Origin: Hydrolagus affinis
Lineage: Eukaryota
Direction: 5' to 3'
Length of the DNA stretch: 64,000 nt
NCBI GenBank assembly: GCA_012026655.1
Contig: JAAILG010001530.1
Coordinates: forward strand, 1-64,000
Positions 52,249 to 64,000 of this stretch are shown one piece after another. Positions within the stretch are counted from its first letter, which is position 1, and each line of letters begins with the position of its first letter. Under the pieces are notes generated by a model, which saw only the letters and a program-made list of their open reading frames with translations, did not search any database and was not told the DNA's origin. The position numbers were made by a program, and so were the translations under genes.

Positions 52249-52251
<3 letters not shown>

Positions 52252-52668
52252 AGTGACTCCCCAGCCCCCTGGCTCAGATCACAAACACGCGAGGGGAGCA
52301 ATCACTGAGCATTGCCGCACCGTCATGCACTGTTGCAGTTAAGCCTCGGGTCGGTCTCCGGCAAAGCCGAGACTATAAATCTCTTCATTCTAAATGAACA
52401 GAGAATTGTCCACCAAATAAACAACAGCCCGAAGAGCTGAAATGATTGCTTCGGTGAAACGGCTGTTTGGCCCTGAGCTGCGTACGACTCCCTGACAGGT
52501 CGTGTTACAGAGCGTTTTTTTTCTCTAACGGAGAGTGTCTGAACATCAGCGTTTTACAGAGAAGTTTTTTAAGGGACACCAGACAAGCCACAAGCAGTCA
52601 CTGACCATGACATGGCTCTGCTGGTGTATCTGGAGGGAGATTGGTGTGTCTCTTTTATCTCCCGCGAG

Positions 52669-52978
52669 TAATTATAATAATAATAATAGTAATAATGCTT
52701 GCATTTGATATAGCACTTTTCATATCTTCTAGACGTCTCAAAGCGCTTCACAGAATATACTGTAAAGTGAATTGACTGTATATTTGTGGCCGAAACGTGG
52801 CAGCCAATTGCGCACAGCAGCGTCCTCACAAACAGTCGTGGATTGAAATGACCAATTTATATTATTTGATTTTTTGAGGGATTATTATCGGGCATGTGGA
52901 GTAAGGAAACTTGCCGAACGTTTTCGCCCTGACCTGGAATCGAACCCAGGTCTCTCGGTTGTAAAGGCGAGTGCTCTA
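52669..52978 (-). mobile_element. tRNA-derived SINE (family A)
   Basis: Near-consensus reverse complement. Confidence 0.9.
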
Positions 52979-54657
52979 TTTGGGAATAATTAAATTTGAA
53001 AAGGCCAGGAATGTCTCGGACACGGATTCTGCAGGAAGTGTTCCCGCCACCTCCTCTAACTCTCTGTAAACTCCAAAACTCAGAGGGAAAAAAATGTCGG
53101 TTTCCACGTATTGATGGCGGAGAGCTGATTATCATCTCTCCCCAAATGACATGTTGGTTGTATCTTGGTTACAGTAACAGCTGCTGGTTACCCTCTAACG
53201 TGTCTGCGGTCCAAATAGGTGTTCCTACAACATATTCTCAATGGGTATTCTTCCTGCCTCCCTCCCAGAGGCTCTCCTATAGAACCATAGATAATTACAG
53301 CACAGAACAAGGCCATTTAGCCCATTCTGTCTGTACTGCTGTTTGAAGGAACAATCCATTCAGTCCCATTTACCTGCCTACCCTCCTCTTCGACAGTCCC
53401 ATCGGTCACCACAAACCCCCTCCTTTCCCTCCACCTTCCCCGTTCCCGACCCCAGCTCGGATCTGAAATATTGCCTGAAACATTGACTGTCCAGCGCCTC
53501 GGTACGTCCTCCTGACGTGAAAGGCCCGATACAAGTGTAATTTTGTTGTTGAGCTACAGGTCTGTACCCGCAGAGGGAGCAGGAATCGAACCACAAAGTT
53601 CTCTTTGTCACTAAGTTCTCTTCTGTCACTGGGCTGGGGTCACTGACATTTACAGGAAAGAAGGCATTTCAAAGTGTGTTTTTGTAAAAGAATAATTAAA
53701 TAGTTGTTGGAGATAATATGCCCAAAGAATTAGGGATAAACATTGATGCTAAGTTAATAGGAACACGGCCAATAAATTCTGGATCATTCACAGTGCCTCC
53801 CGGTTACTCATTGACTGACTGACTGACTGACAGACTTTCCGTGCAAAATGTAAAACGACTGTAATGATTTTTGATGAGAATAACGACCCCAATTGTAACG
53901 GCAAATCTAGAAATATGACATTTTAATTAAAAGAATGATTTCATTCTCGTGAGGAACTATGGGGCAAAAAGGTGGATCGGTATTAGATTAAATAAATGCA
54001 AATTGTTGTGTGGTAAATAATCTCCATCCCACAGTCCCTTCGCCTCACTCCCTCCCTCGTCTCCTTCAAGGCTGGTATAAAGACCCTCTTCGACCGTGCC
54101 TTCTGCTGCCCTCCCAACTCTCTCTCCTCCTAACTGTCTCCCTCTATGCTGCTCGGGTCCCAACCTGACTGTTCAGCATGAAAGGCTCTCTATAAATGTG
54201 ATTTTGTTGTTGTTGTAATTCAGAAATAGGAATAGCAAGTGGACAGAACAAGAACAACTTGAATTTAATATCGCCCCTCAGAGTGGAGGGTAGTGTCGCA
54301 GAATCACTTTAGAGTGATATAGCTTCCAACAACTCAGTCAGTATCTATTCTACCTCGTAGAGAATGAATGAATGTTTAATGTCTTGTTTCCTTCCTCTAG
54401 TGTATCTAGAATCCAGTAAGTAAACGGACTCTTCATGTTGATATAACTGTATTTTTGTTTGAGTACTAATCTCCAGTGATTAACTCAGTATCTTCTTCCA
54501 ATATGTTGCTGACTGCCTTGTGAGCACTTTGTAAATTAGATATTACCTGGTAAGGGTTTCAATGACATTCAGAATGAGATCGGAAAGGAGATGGGTGGAA
54601 GAAGTAAAGAGAGACTAGAGTCTAGAAGTTGTGATTGAGATTGTGGATTGTGATTGT

Positions 54658-54980
54658 GGAGCTCCTGTAGCTCAGAGGTTAAAGCGCTCACCTTACAAGC
54701 ACGAGACCTGTGATCAAATCCAGGCAGATCAGGGCGAAACCTTGGGCAAGTTTCCTTACGCCACATGTCTAATAATAATCTGTCCAAAAAAAAACATAAT
54801 AATAAAAATTGGTCATTTCAATCCACAACTGTTTGTGGGTCACTGCTGTGCGCAATTGGCTGCCGCGTTTCGCCCGCAGATACACAAGTCAGTTCACTTT
54901 ACAGTATATTCTGTGAAGCGCTTTGAGACATCTAGAAGATCTGAAAAGTGCTATGTCAAATGCAAGGAGTATTATTATTA
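54658..54980 (+). mobile_element. tRNA-derived SINE (family A), full length
   Basis: Similarity to the 15501 copy. Confidence 0.9.
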
Positions 54981-55779
54981 AGTTGATCCAATGTGAAAAA
55001 TGCTGTAACACAAGAACAGGTTGTGGTGAGAGTGGAGATCTACAGGACATTCCTTTGACACTATTGACTCAGGCTGTGAAACCCATCACACCGGGAATCA
55101 GTTGTTACCCAGAGCTAGCCACAGAATCCACGGTAAAATCAAAGCAATCTTTACAATACAACACCCACCAACAACAACAAGCTTACACTTGTAGAGCGCC
55201 TTTCACGTCGGGAGGATGTCCCAGGGCCCGGGGACAACCTTTGATGATAGTTTTCTTGGATTGTAATGACAGTGTTACTCTGAAGGAAAATGATTTCTCG
55301 GATGTCTCCCCAGCCTCAGGAAAAGAGCAGATCGTTTTGACTTGCAGATGAGTGCGTTTGTTTGTGTGTGCGTGTGCTTGTGTGTGTGTATGTGTGTGTG
55401 CTTTCGCTTGTTTTGTGAGTGTTTTTCTGTCTTGTGTGTGGGAAAGTTTGCCTGTGAGATACCCCAAGGTTCCATCTTTTGTCCCTTTTCCTTATTTACA
55501 TGTTCTCTCTCGGTGCTGTCACCCACAGTCACCGGGTCAACTCCCGCCTGCGCACAGACGACACCCAAATCTACGTCTCCTCCTCCTCCAGTGGCGACGC
55601 CCGGTCCACTCATGTCCTGTCAACTTGTTTGTCAGACATCAAACGCCTCATTTAATGAATCCGGTGGTTGTGTGTGCGTTTGTGTGTATGTGTGTGTGTG
55701 TATGTGTGTTTGTGTGTGTATGTGCTCCAATGTATATCAGCAGATCTATGTTGAAATAAGAATAGAAAATAATGAACCT

Positions 55780-55975
55780 TAATAATAATAACTTTATTTT
55801 TTCAATGGATTATTGCGCCCGGAAAACCAGTTAACTAAAAACCGGGTTCCTACTTACTGCTCGGTACACAGAGGCATGTGGAGTAAGGAAACTTGCCCAA
55901 CGTTTCGCCTGCTGGGAATCAAACCCAGAAACCCTTGTTTACGAGGCTTAATGCTCCAATCATTAAGCTACAGGA
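55780..55975 (-). mobile_element. SINE family A, long variant, 5' half
   Basis: ggttcctacttactgctcggtacacagaggcatgtggagtaaggaaacttgccc. Confidence 0.8.
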
Positions 55976-56445
55976 CGCTACGGTATAAAGAAAAGCTTTG
56001 CCCTCTCTGTTTACAGCAAATTTAGATGAGGAATAATTAAAATGAAGATCTCACCGAGGTCATCAACACCTTCCCAAGAAATGTCCTCCTCAAATCAGAG
56101 CCCCTGTAACCAGCGGGTATTAAACCAGGAATGAACGCGCCATTTGCGCGAGGTAAACAGTTTACGTTTGAATCACGGATTTTAAAAAGGGAAATGATAG
56201 AGACTTTGGCAGCAAGAATATAACGGGGAATGGGGAAGAGGGCGGGGGAAGAGCTGCCAAGAGTCAATAAACTGGCCCAAGCTGCTCAACAGACTGTTCC
56301 TAACCCTAGGAATAACCGATACATCAGTCAGGTCTCGGTCATGAGCCAAAGCTTCACAGATAGAGTGACTCTCAGGCCATGGTGAACAGTTACCACGATT
56401 AATGTGTCCCCACGTACAGCCCTCCTTACATACTGTACATATTGT

Positions 56446-56756
56446 GGAGCTCCTGTAGCTCGGTGGTTAGAGAACTCGCCTTACAAGTGTGAGTCCTGTG
56501 TTCGAATCCAGGCAGGTCAGGGCGAAACCTTGGGCAAATTTCCTTACTCCACACGCCTAATAATAATCCCTCAAAAAAAACAATAAAAATTAGTCATTTC
56601 AATCCACGACTGTGTGTGGGATGCTGCTGTGCGCAATTGGCTGCTGCGTTTCGCCCACAAATATACAGTCAATTCACTTTACTGTATATTCTGTGAAGTG
56701 CTTTGAGATGGCGATAAAATGTGACAAACGCTATATCAAATGCAAGGATTATTATT
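56446..56756 (+). mobile_element. tRNA-derived SINE (family A), full length
   Basis: Similarity to the 15501 copy. Confidence 0.92.
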
Positions 56757-58829
56757 GTAATATATATATGAAAAATGGTGAGAGATGATAATAATTCATA
56801 ATTCTTGTATTTGATATCGCCTCCATGTACAGCACCCCACATACAGAGCCCCATGTATAGCCTTCCCTGCCATGTTTGGGGCTCAGAAAGTGAAATCTCA
56901 AGTCATAACGAATCTACAAAGAAAATATTGGATGATCTGGCCTCCGGCTCCTGCGTTCGTTCATCCACTGGTGTTACTGCCATCCATCCTCTTGCGTGGG
57001 TCGGTTGGCTAATAATTTGGAAAATTTAAATAAATGGTAAAAAAAAAATCACACAGTTCCTAGGAAATCTCCGACTGTAGAACTTCATCGACAGATTGTA
57101 GAGGAGGCTTTAACTGCCTCATAAAGAAGCGGCGAGTAATCAGTCAGTGTGATTTCATTGAGTGACAGCACAATAATGTTGATGGTTTGTAATAACTTAC
57201 ATTTAACTAATCCTTGCATTTGATATAGCGTGTTTCATGTCTTCTGGACGTCTCAAAGCGCTTCACAGAATATACTGTAAAGTGAATTGACTGTATATTT
57301 GTGGGCGAAACGCCAATTGCGCACAGCAGCGACCCCACAAACAGTCATGAGATATACTCTCTGAATTTGTAAAGATTTTGCTGGAATTCATATACAGTAC
57401 AGTATACTGATTCTGTATAAGTCAAACTTTCGCCACCACCTCTTCAAGTACAGTCCTGATTTTTAATCTCCTTTTACCATCAGCTTTCAGTTCAGAATGG
57501 GGCTGAGTTGCTCAGTGGGGCTGAGTTGGAAGTATTGAAAAGGAAGATGGTTTGTTGGCTACTGTAACAGCAGCTGGCTCCACGTTTAACAATCGGCCGT
57601 GAAAGATCAATGCGTTTCACACTGGCTGGGTTTCCCATTATTGTAAATGGGCTCAGGAGCCATCTGCCAATAGTCATTTGGATCAGTGTCTTAATGGCCA
57701 AATGAATGCTGGCGTTATCTGAAAGGTGCATTGAAGGCCACTCCCTCAAACCTCACCACCTGTGCATTAAATTGCCTGTTAAACATTCAGATGTTGGACG
57801 CAGTTCAGCACTTGTGACCAGCTTCTGTGCAAAAAAACATAAACCTCCCGGAACTTTCCCAATGATAATCCTGGAGTGAGCTCTCTCCTCGCCCACCCAC
57901 CCACCTCCACGTTCCTGATCTCACCACCAGTGGGAATAAACCCTCACCAAAAAAAATGTGTTTACCCAATCCACAACAGTTGTGGGACATTGCTGGGTGT
58001 GACTGGCTGCCGGGTTTCAAAGCTACAGTCAAACCACTTTACAATGTTTCCTGTGAAGCACTTTGAACCGTCTCGACGGTGCGATAGTGAATGCAAGGAT
58101 TGTTATTATCACCAGTGCGATGAGCAGCTGACGACTCAACTTATTGGAGAAGTCTCATGTCATTGCTACGGTTTTTTCTAAACAACCTGAACCTCGGTTA
58201 GACCCACCCACGCTTTGTCTGCGGAAGTCATCACCCTGTGAGCTGACGGAAGAGCGAATCCCCATAACGACATCCCAGTCGATTGGAATGAGCGTTTTTT
58301 TCTTTGACTGCGAGTCAAACGGCTGTGAAAGCGATCGATCCCTTGGCGCTGAATTCATTTGCCTTATTTTGCTCTGATCTTACCTTGCACCTGAAGAGCC
58401 TCGCGATTGTGAGCTGAAGAGCAATTTAACTGCACACAACCACATTGGTGCATTGTGCCCTTATTGATCAATGTGCGACGCATTCTGTATCGGATTAGAG
58501 CACGGCTCAGACAGTGTGGGCAAGGTGTTTACATCCACTGTATGATGTTCTCCCACATAGAAGGTATTTGCTCCTCCACAGGAAACCGTCTATCCTAATC
58601 CTTGTTCCCTGCTGCTTCCCCCTCCGCCTCCCCTCTAATTCCCTTCCTCTCAAAATGGGTTTCTAATTCACCTGTAATTTTAGTCAAACTTTAAATGGAT
58701 TTATCAGGCCGTGTAATCGTCAGTAGACAAAACTGTGTTTCCTTTTACACAGCGAGGTGGGATGGATTGTGGAATCAGCTCAGTCGCGCCTCTGAGTTTG
58801 ATGGTCAGATAGTTAGGGATTTAAGTCTC

Positions 58830-59190
58830 CTTTAAAGCCCTCCAGAGCTCTGCAACTTCTTACCAACCGCTCAGCAGGCTCTGGCCTGTTCCACGTCCCC
58901 CAACTCAATTCCCCACCATCGGCGAGCGAGCCTTCAACAACTCTGTCCCCAACCTCTGGATTTCCATCTAACAATCCCTCCGACTCGCCCCCTCCCTGGC
59001 CTCCTTCAAGTCCCGCCTCAAGACCCTGCTCTTCGACAGTGCCATCGGTCACTCCACCCTCCCCTCCCTTCCCTCCACCCTCCCCAATCCCAACCCCAGC
59101 TCAGGTCTGAAACACTGACTGTCCAGCGCCTTGGGAAGTTCTCCCGATGTGAAAGGTGTAATTACCGGTGTCATTTTGTTGTTGTTGTTG
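58830..59190 (+). mobile_element. L2 3' fragment (family B) inserted in an older SINE
   Basis: ccatcggcgagcgagccttc ... ctcaagaccctgctcttcgac; (TTG)n tail. Confidence 0.85.
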
Positions 59191-59557
59191 GTCCAACTTT
59201 GGGCAGCACTGCTTGTTGGTGAATCCATCCTTCAGTTGAGACTTTAAACCCAGACCCTGGCCCCCTGTACAGGTGGACATTAAAGATCTGATGGACTCCC
59301 AGTGTCCAGACCAACAACTCCACCAGATAACATTGGTCACTCGCTTCATGGTTGTGCGAGGGACATTGCCGTGTGCACAATTGGTAGCCGGTTGCCTAAC
59401 CCACACAGAAACCCGTCTCCTTGCAAAGTACTGCAAAGTATTCACATAGGTACAGAAATTTTTGTTTGTCTGGAATGGAATGCGCCCTCTCTCCCTGGAA
59501 GGACACACACCAGGCTCGGCTGATCTTGGAGAGAATTAAGCGCAGGTTTGCGAGAGA

Positions 59558-59960
59558 CAACCACAACTTGCATTTATATAGCGCCCTTCACGGGGGACGG
59601 TGTCCTGGAGCGCTTGGCAGTGGCGGAGTCTGGCGCCAAGCCAGGGGGAGAGGGAGAGGAGAGATGACCGGAATCACGATCAAAAATGATTATTTCAGGG
59701 TGGAGTGGCTGAAGGCACCATGGAGTGGAGGAGAACGAGGAACAAACAGGAGGCCAGAGCCAGCCGAGCGGAGGCAGCGGGTGGTGGAGTTTTGGGGGGT
59801 GGGAGCGGGGAAAACAGATCAGGTGAGGAGGTACGAGGGTACGAAGGAATTTGAAAACGAGTGGGAGGATCTTACAATCGATCTGTTCGTAATTGGGAGC
59901 CAGTGAAACCCGGCAAGGACTGGGGTGATGGGGGTACAGAGTTTTGTGCGGGTGAGTTTG
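59558..59960 (-). mobile_element. L2 3' fragment (family C-like)
   Basis: QIDCKILPLVFKFL..PPHL; hairpin tail. Confidence 0.8.
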
Positions 59961-60039
59961 CGGGTGAAGGTGGCAAGTCCAGAGGACCCCAGAGTGTGTG
60001 TTACATTTAACCGCAGCTTTGCTGGTGTGAACTCTGTGA

Positions 60040-60345
60040 AGTTTCCTCCTATTTAAAGCCCTGCACATCCTCACCCCAGCCTACATCCATGACCTCCTAT
60101 CCTCTTACCAACCTGCCCCCCACCCTCCGCTCAGNNNNNNNNNNNNNNNNNNNNNNNNNNNNNNNNNNNNNNNNNNNNNNNNNNNNNNNNNNNNNNNNNN
60201 NNNNNNNNNNNNNNNNNNNNNNNNNNNNNNNNNNCCCCCCCCCCCCCCCCCCCTCTCAGCTCGGGTCTGAAGAGGTGATTGTCCAGCGCCTTGGGACGTC
60301 CTCCTGACGTGAAAGACGCTATACAAGTGGAGTTTTGTTGTTGTT
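60040..60345 (+). mobile_element. L2 3' fragment spanning an assembly gap
   Basis: tttaaagccctgcac..ccctccgctcag before the Ns; family B tail after them. Confidence 0.8.
60135..60234. other. Assembly gap (100 N)
   Basis: Run of N followed by poly-C, inside an L2 copy. Confidence 1.
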
Positions 60346-61694
60346 TTGTTGTTCGGGCAGCGCAGAGCCTGCTCTGCCTTTGGTTTGCAGGATTAACAGG
60401 CTGAGGAGCCGTGTGTGATCGCTGAACACTCCTGTAGAACCTCAGCGGTTCATTTACCCGTGAATAATTGTCTTTGGAATAAGAACACTGATAATGCAAC
60501 CCTGACATCTCTCGTCAATCGATTCCCCCCCGTGGCTCAGCAATCCCATAGAAGACTTTAATGTCCCTAATTATACAAACCACCACCACATTTTTCGCAG
60601 CCATTGACTGGAGAGGAGACAGTCTATACTCCTGACCGGTTTATGAGACGAGCACTGATACTGAGCGGGGAGAATGTGCTGTCTGTATTCTGCAAACAAA
60701 TTGACTTTGTAATAATAATAATCCTTGCATTTGATATCGCGTTTTTCATCTTATCGATGTCTCAAAGCGTTTCACAGAATATTCCTTCAAAGTGAATTGA
60801 CGCCCTATAGCGCCCTCCACACCAGACGGCATCTCAGAGCGCTTCACAATAGCCACGGGCGAGCCAGGGGGAGGGGGAAGATGACTGTGGCGCGGTAGAA
60901 CAGAAATGTCGATAAAAATGGAAAAGGAGGAGGTGAGACGGAGGGATTGAGGGGAGTTCCAGCGTTTCGGGGCAACCTTTGAATTCCATTTGTGGTTGTA
61001 AGGGTCACCTGAGCTAAATTGGAGAAATAAATAAAACAGGTAAGTTTGGAACGGTTGGAGTTGTGTAGAGGGTTAGACTTCCCGTGGAATTGTTATCCAT
61101 TCTACTGAATCTATGGTCTCAGTTTTAAGAATAAATTACGCTGTTTGTATTCCTTGGATTATTAAACCAATTAGACTCCATACAAATCTCTTACAAATTG
61201 GCAAGCCAGCCAGGAGAAGACTGCGTAGTTGAACTCACTTGTAAGGCGAGTGCTCTAACCACTGAGCTACAGGACTCCATTGGGGAGCAGATGTGGATGA
61301 GGCCGTGCCGTGAATGATCAATTTGGGGTGACGGTGTCCGGAATTGAAAAGATGCCGATATTGGCCAACTTTTGGTTTCTCCGTGTGTGTGATTCATCAG
61401 TGAGGCAGGCGTTCCCGGTTGATCTCTGTAACTCTACGGGGACACGGTGGCAGAGAGCGAATCTTCAGGTCGTGGGCATGGATCACCAAACTCTTTAAAA
61501 TCATACGGGACGAGTGATACAGGGTCTCCTCGGACGCCCTCTCGGCTTTTGCGGCGCGATTGTTTAATGTTTGTCATTTGGGATCGCAAGCAGAGTTAAA
61601 CGTGAGAGAAAAGCTATTGTGCTACAATAGGGGCAGATCAGACACAAAAGCGCCAAGCAGCGAGGGCAGGTTAACAATCCACCCGTCCCTCCTC

Positions 61695-62040
61695 CACAAC
61701 AGCAACAATTTGCATTTATTTCGCGCTGTCCACGCCGGGCGGTGTCTCAGAGCGCTTCACAACTGGCGGAGGCCGAGCCAGGGGGAGGGGGGAGGTGACC
61801 GTAAGCACGGTTGGTCAAAGAGAAAAAGGTCTTCAGGCGCCACCTGAATAAGGGAAAGGAGGGGATGAGGCGAAGGGGTTGAGGGAGGGAATTCAGAAGT
61901 TTCGGGGTGGAGTGGCTGAAAGCACAGCCGCCGATGGTGGAGCGGAGGAATCGGGGGAACAAGTTGGAGGCCGGACCCAGTAGAGCGGGGACAGGAGAGA
62001 GGAGAGGTGGGGGGGTGGGGGGGAGGTAGGAGGGTGCATA
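61695..62040 (-). mobile_element. L2 3' fragment (family C)
   Basis: LRSTIGGCAFSHSTPKLLNSLPQPLR. Further L2 pieces at about 3040-3255, 6090-6430, 7040-7265, 12270-12376, 24665-24990, 35390-35548, 35960-36155, 53378-53551, 54020-54215, 55450-55640, 60806-60972 and 63480-63790. Confidence 0.85.
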
Positions 62041-63139
62041 ATTGCGGGGAAACCTGGGCATTATCGCCCCTGAATGTCATTGAAGGAGACCAGGGGAAGC
62101 CCCAAACACTGGGTGTGGACAAAGAAATATAGTACCTAATGGAATGTAGAATGCAGTAAACCAGGGCACCATAAGTGTCAATGTAGATCATAGAGACAAC
62201 TACCCTCCAGACAAGCTCCAAATAACAATAACTTGGGAACTAATGATCAATTATTTATTGGGTAAGACAGCAAATTGAGGCATTGGAGACTTGAGTTGAA
62301 TGTTCAAAGGTTCACATCAGCCACAAGATGGGAAGCCAGACAGGGAGAGGCAAGCCAGATTTAGAAGATACAGCACAAGATCAATCAATCAATCAAAACT
62401 TACATTTATATAGCGTCTTTCACGTCGTGAGGATGTCCCAAAGTGAATTGATGTCTCAAAGCGCATTAAAGAATACCTACTGTAAAGTGAATTGACTGTA
62501 TATTTGTGGGTGAAACAACAACAACAAAATTACACTTGTATAGCGCCTTTCACGTCAGGAGAATGTCACACGGCACATTTTATACACACACGCTTACGTG
62601 CACATGCCTACACGCAAACATATGCTGATACACGCATACGCACATGAGTTTCTTCACACACATGCACACATGCTTATACACACATGCTGACGGACACACA
62701 CACACTCACAAATGCACCGAAACACACAGCACAGGATGCACGGCTCCCTCCAGCCAGTTTACGGCTTGCAAGCAAAAAAAATCTCAAAGCTACATGTTGA
62801 TTAAATGTATGGTGCTCAGTCTACCTCAGACCCTGGCCAGAGACTGAGCAAAAGCTTCTATTCCCCCTGGTCTCGTCCACTAGAATTAGCAATAAATCTA
62901 TTAGATCCTTTCAGTGCAGTAAACTAATGGGTTTAATATGCTTCTCGTCAGAGAGGGATTGGATTTCTCTCAAGCAAATCAACATCAAGGCCCCAACTAG
63001 TACTGCAGGCAGTTGGGACCCTTGACAAACAATAAATAATTATACCCCCTAATAATAATTCACTTTACAATATATTCCGTGAAGCTCTTTGAAACGCCTA
63101 GAAGACGTGAAAAGCGCAATATCAAATGCAAGGATTTAC

Positions 63140-63425
63140 TATAGCGCTCTTCATGTCTTCCAGACGTCTCAAAGCGCTTCACAGAATATACTGTAAAGTG
63201 AATTGACTGTATATAACTGGGTGAAACGCAGCAGCCAATTGCGCACAGCAGCGTCCCACAAACAGTTGTGAATTGAAATGATCAATCTATTATTGTTTTT
63301 TTTGAGGGATTATTATCTGGCGTGTGGAGTAAGGAAACTTGCCCAAGGTTTCACCCTGACCTGGAATCGATCCCAGGTCTCTTGCTTGTAAGACGAGTGC
63401 CTTAACCACTGAGCTATTGGACTCC
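63140..63425 (-). mobile_element. tRNA-derived SINE (family A), tail-to-tail with a + strand tail at 63057-63137
   Basis: Reverse-complement consensus. Further partial family A copies at about 853-945, 1189-1298, 5518-5740, 5880-5982, 22513-22628, 23685-23770, 24562-24660, 25885-26081, 57207-57347, 57890-58108, 60710-60800, 61230-61278 and 63820-63985. Confidence 0.9.
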
Positions 63426-64000
63426 CTTGCATTTTATTCAATGGATTTCTTGTTGGCAGGGCATCTATGCCACAGAATTCACTGATATCAAGATCCTCAC
63501 ATTCACCTCTAAATCACTGACATCTCCCCCTCCTTCTCATACCCCTCCCTCTTACCTGCTCAGGCCTCATCCCCTTCGCTCCACCATCAGCAGCTGTGCC
63601 TTCAGCCACTGCACCCTAAGTTGCTTAAACTCTCCAGCTCAATCTCTCTGCCTTTTGCCCCTTCACTGCCTGTCTTAAAATCGCACCTTCCTCTTCAACC
63701 TTGCCTATGTTCAATTCCCCCTCTTCCTGACTCAGCCATCGCTCAATGCTTTTGACACTGCCCCATTGTATAAATGCAAACTGTTGTTATCTCAAAGACT
63801 TCATAGGATTTGTATAATATATAATAATGATCCTTGCAATTGATATAGCAGCTTATCATGTTCTCGAGACGATAGTGAGCGCTTCACAGGATATACTGGA
63901 AGGCGAATTGACTATGTATTTCGTATGCGAAGCGCGGCAGCCAACTGCGCACAGCAGCGTCCCACGAACAGTGGTGGATTGAAGGATGTCAAGAATTTAC

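Noticed and set aside
54631-54981. Recurrent peptides such as [11 protein letters not shown] and [17 protein letters not shown] in many ORFs
   Set aside because: Translations of the same SINE, not a protein family
55342-55782. Cys/Val-rich ORFs
   Set aside because: Translation of degenerate (TG)n repeats around an L2 fragment
1-64000. CRISPR-like array suggested by recurring ~36-bp palindromic repeats
   Set aside because: Copies are dispersed on both strands with microsatellite tails and no regular spacers or cas genes, in eukaryotic DNA. They are retroelement 3' hairpins.
49000-64000. Exons of a downstream neighbour such as TCP11 or SCUBE3
   Set aside because: No recognisable coding exon on either strand; the gaps could hide sequence but both abut L2 copies

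Overview
This is vertebrate nuclear DNA, not prokaryotic. The repeat families resemble those of cartilaginous fish, probably a holocephalan such as elephant shark (inference). The only protein-coding gene I can support is the 3' half of ANKS1A (Odin) on the + strand. It has ten GT-AG exons, all phase 0, between 4892 and 39364. They encode the end of SAM1, SAM2, the PTB domain, a Cys/His-rich cassette exon and the C-terminus ...STKYETTIF*. A ~9.5 kb stretch almost free of young repeats follows (39365-~48890) and ends in AATAAA plus a GU-rich element, so it reads as a very long 3' UTR. Introns and the downstream region are dense with a tRNA-derived SINE, L2-type LINE 3' fragments, CR1 fragments, older DeuSINE-like copies, two TA-flanked Tigger/pogo-like MITEs and Penelope-like remnants. 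Two 100-N gaps both abut L2 fragments. Almost all ORFs in the supplied track are spurious or repeat-derived. I found no unambiguous new biological system. The best leads are the ANKS1A isoform logic (missing linker exon, candidate internal promoter and exons, alternative C-terminus), the long 3' UTR, and a covarying 3' hairpin shared by three retroelement families. Family names and orthologue comparisons are from memory and need confirmation by search. Repeat boundaries are approximate.
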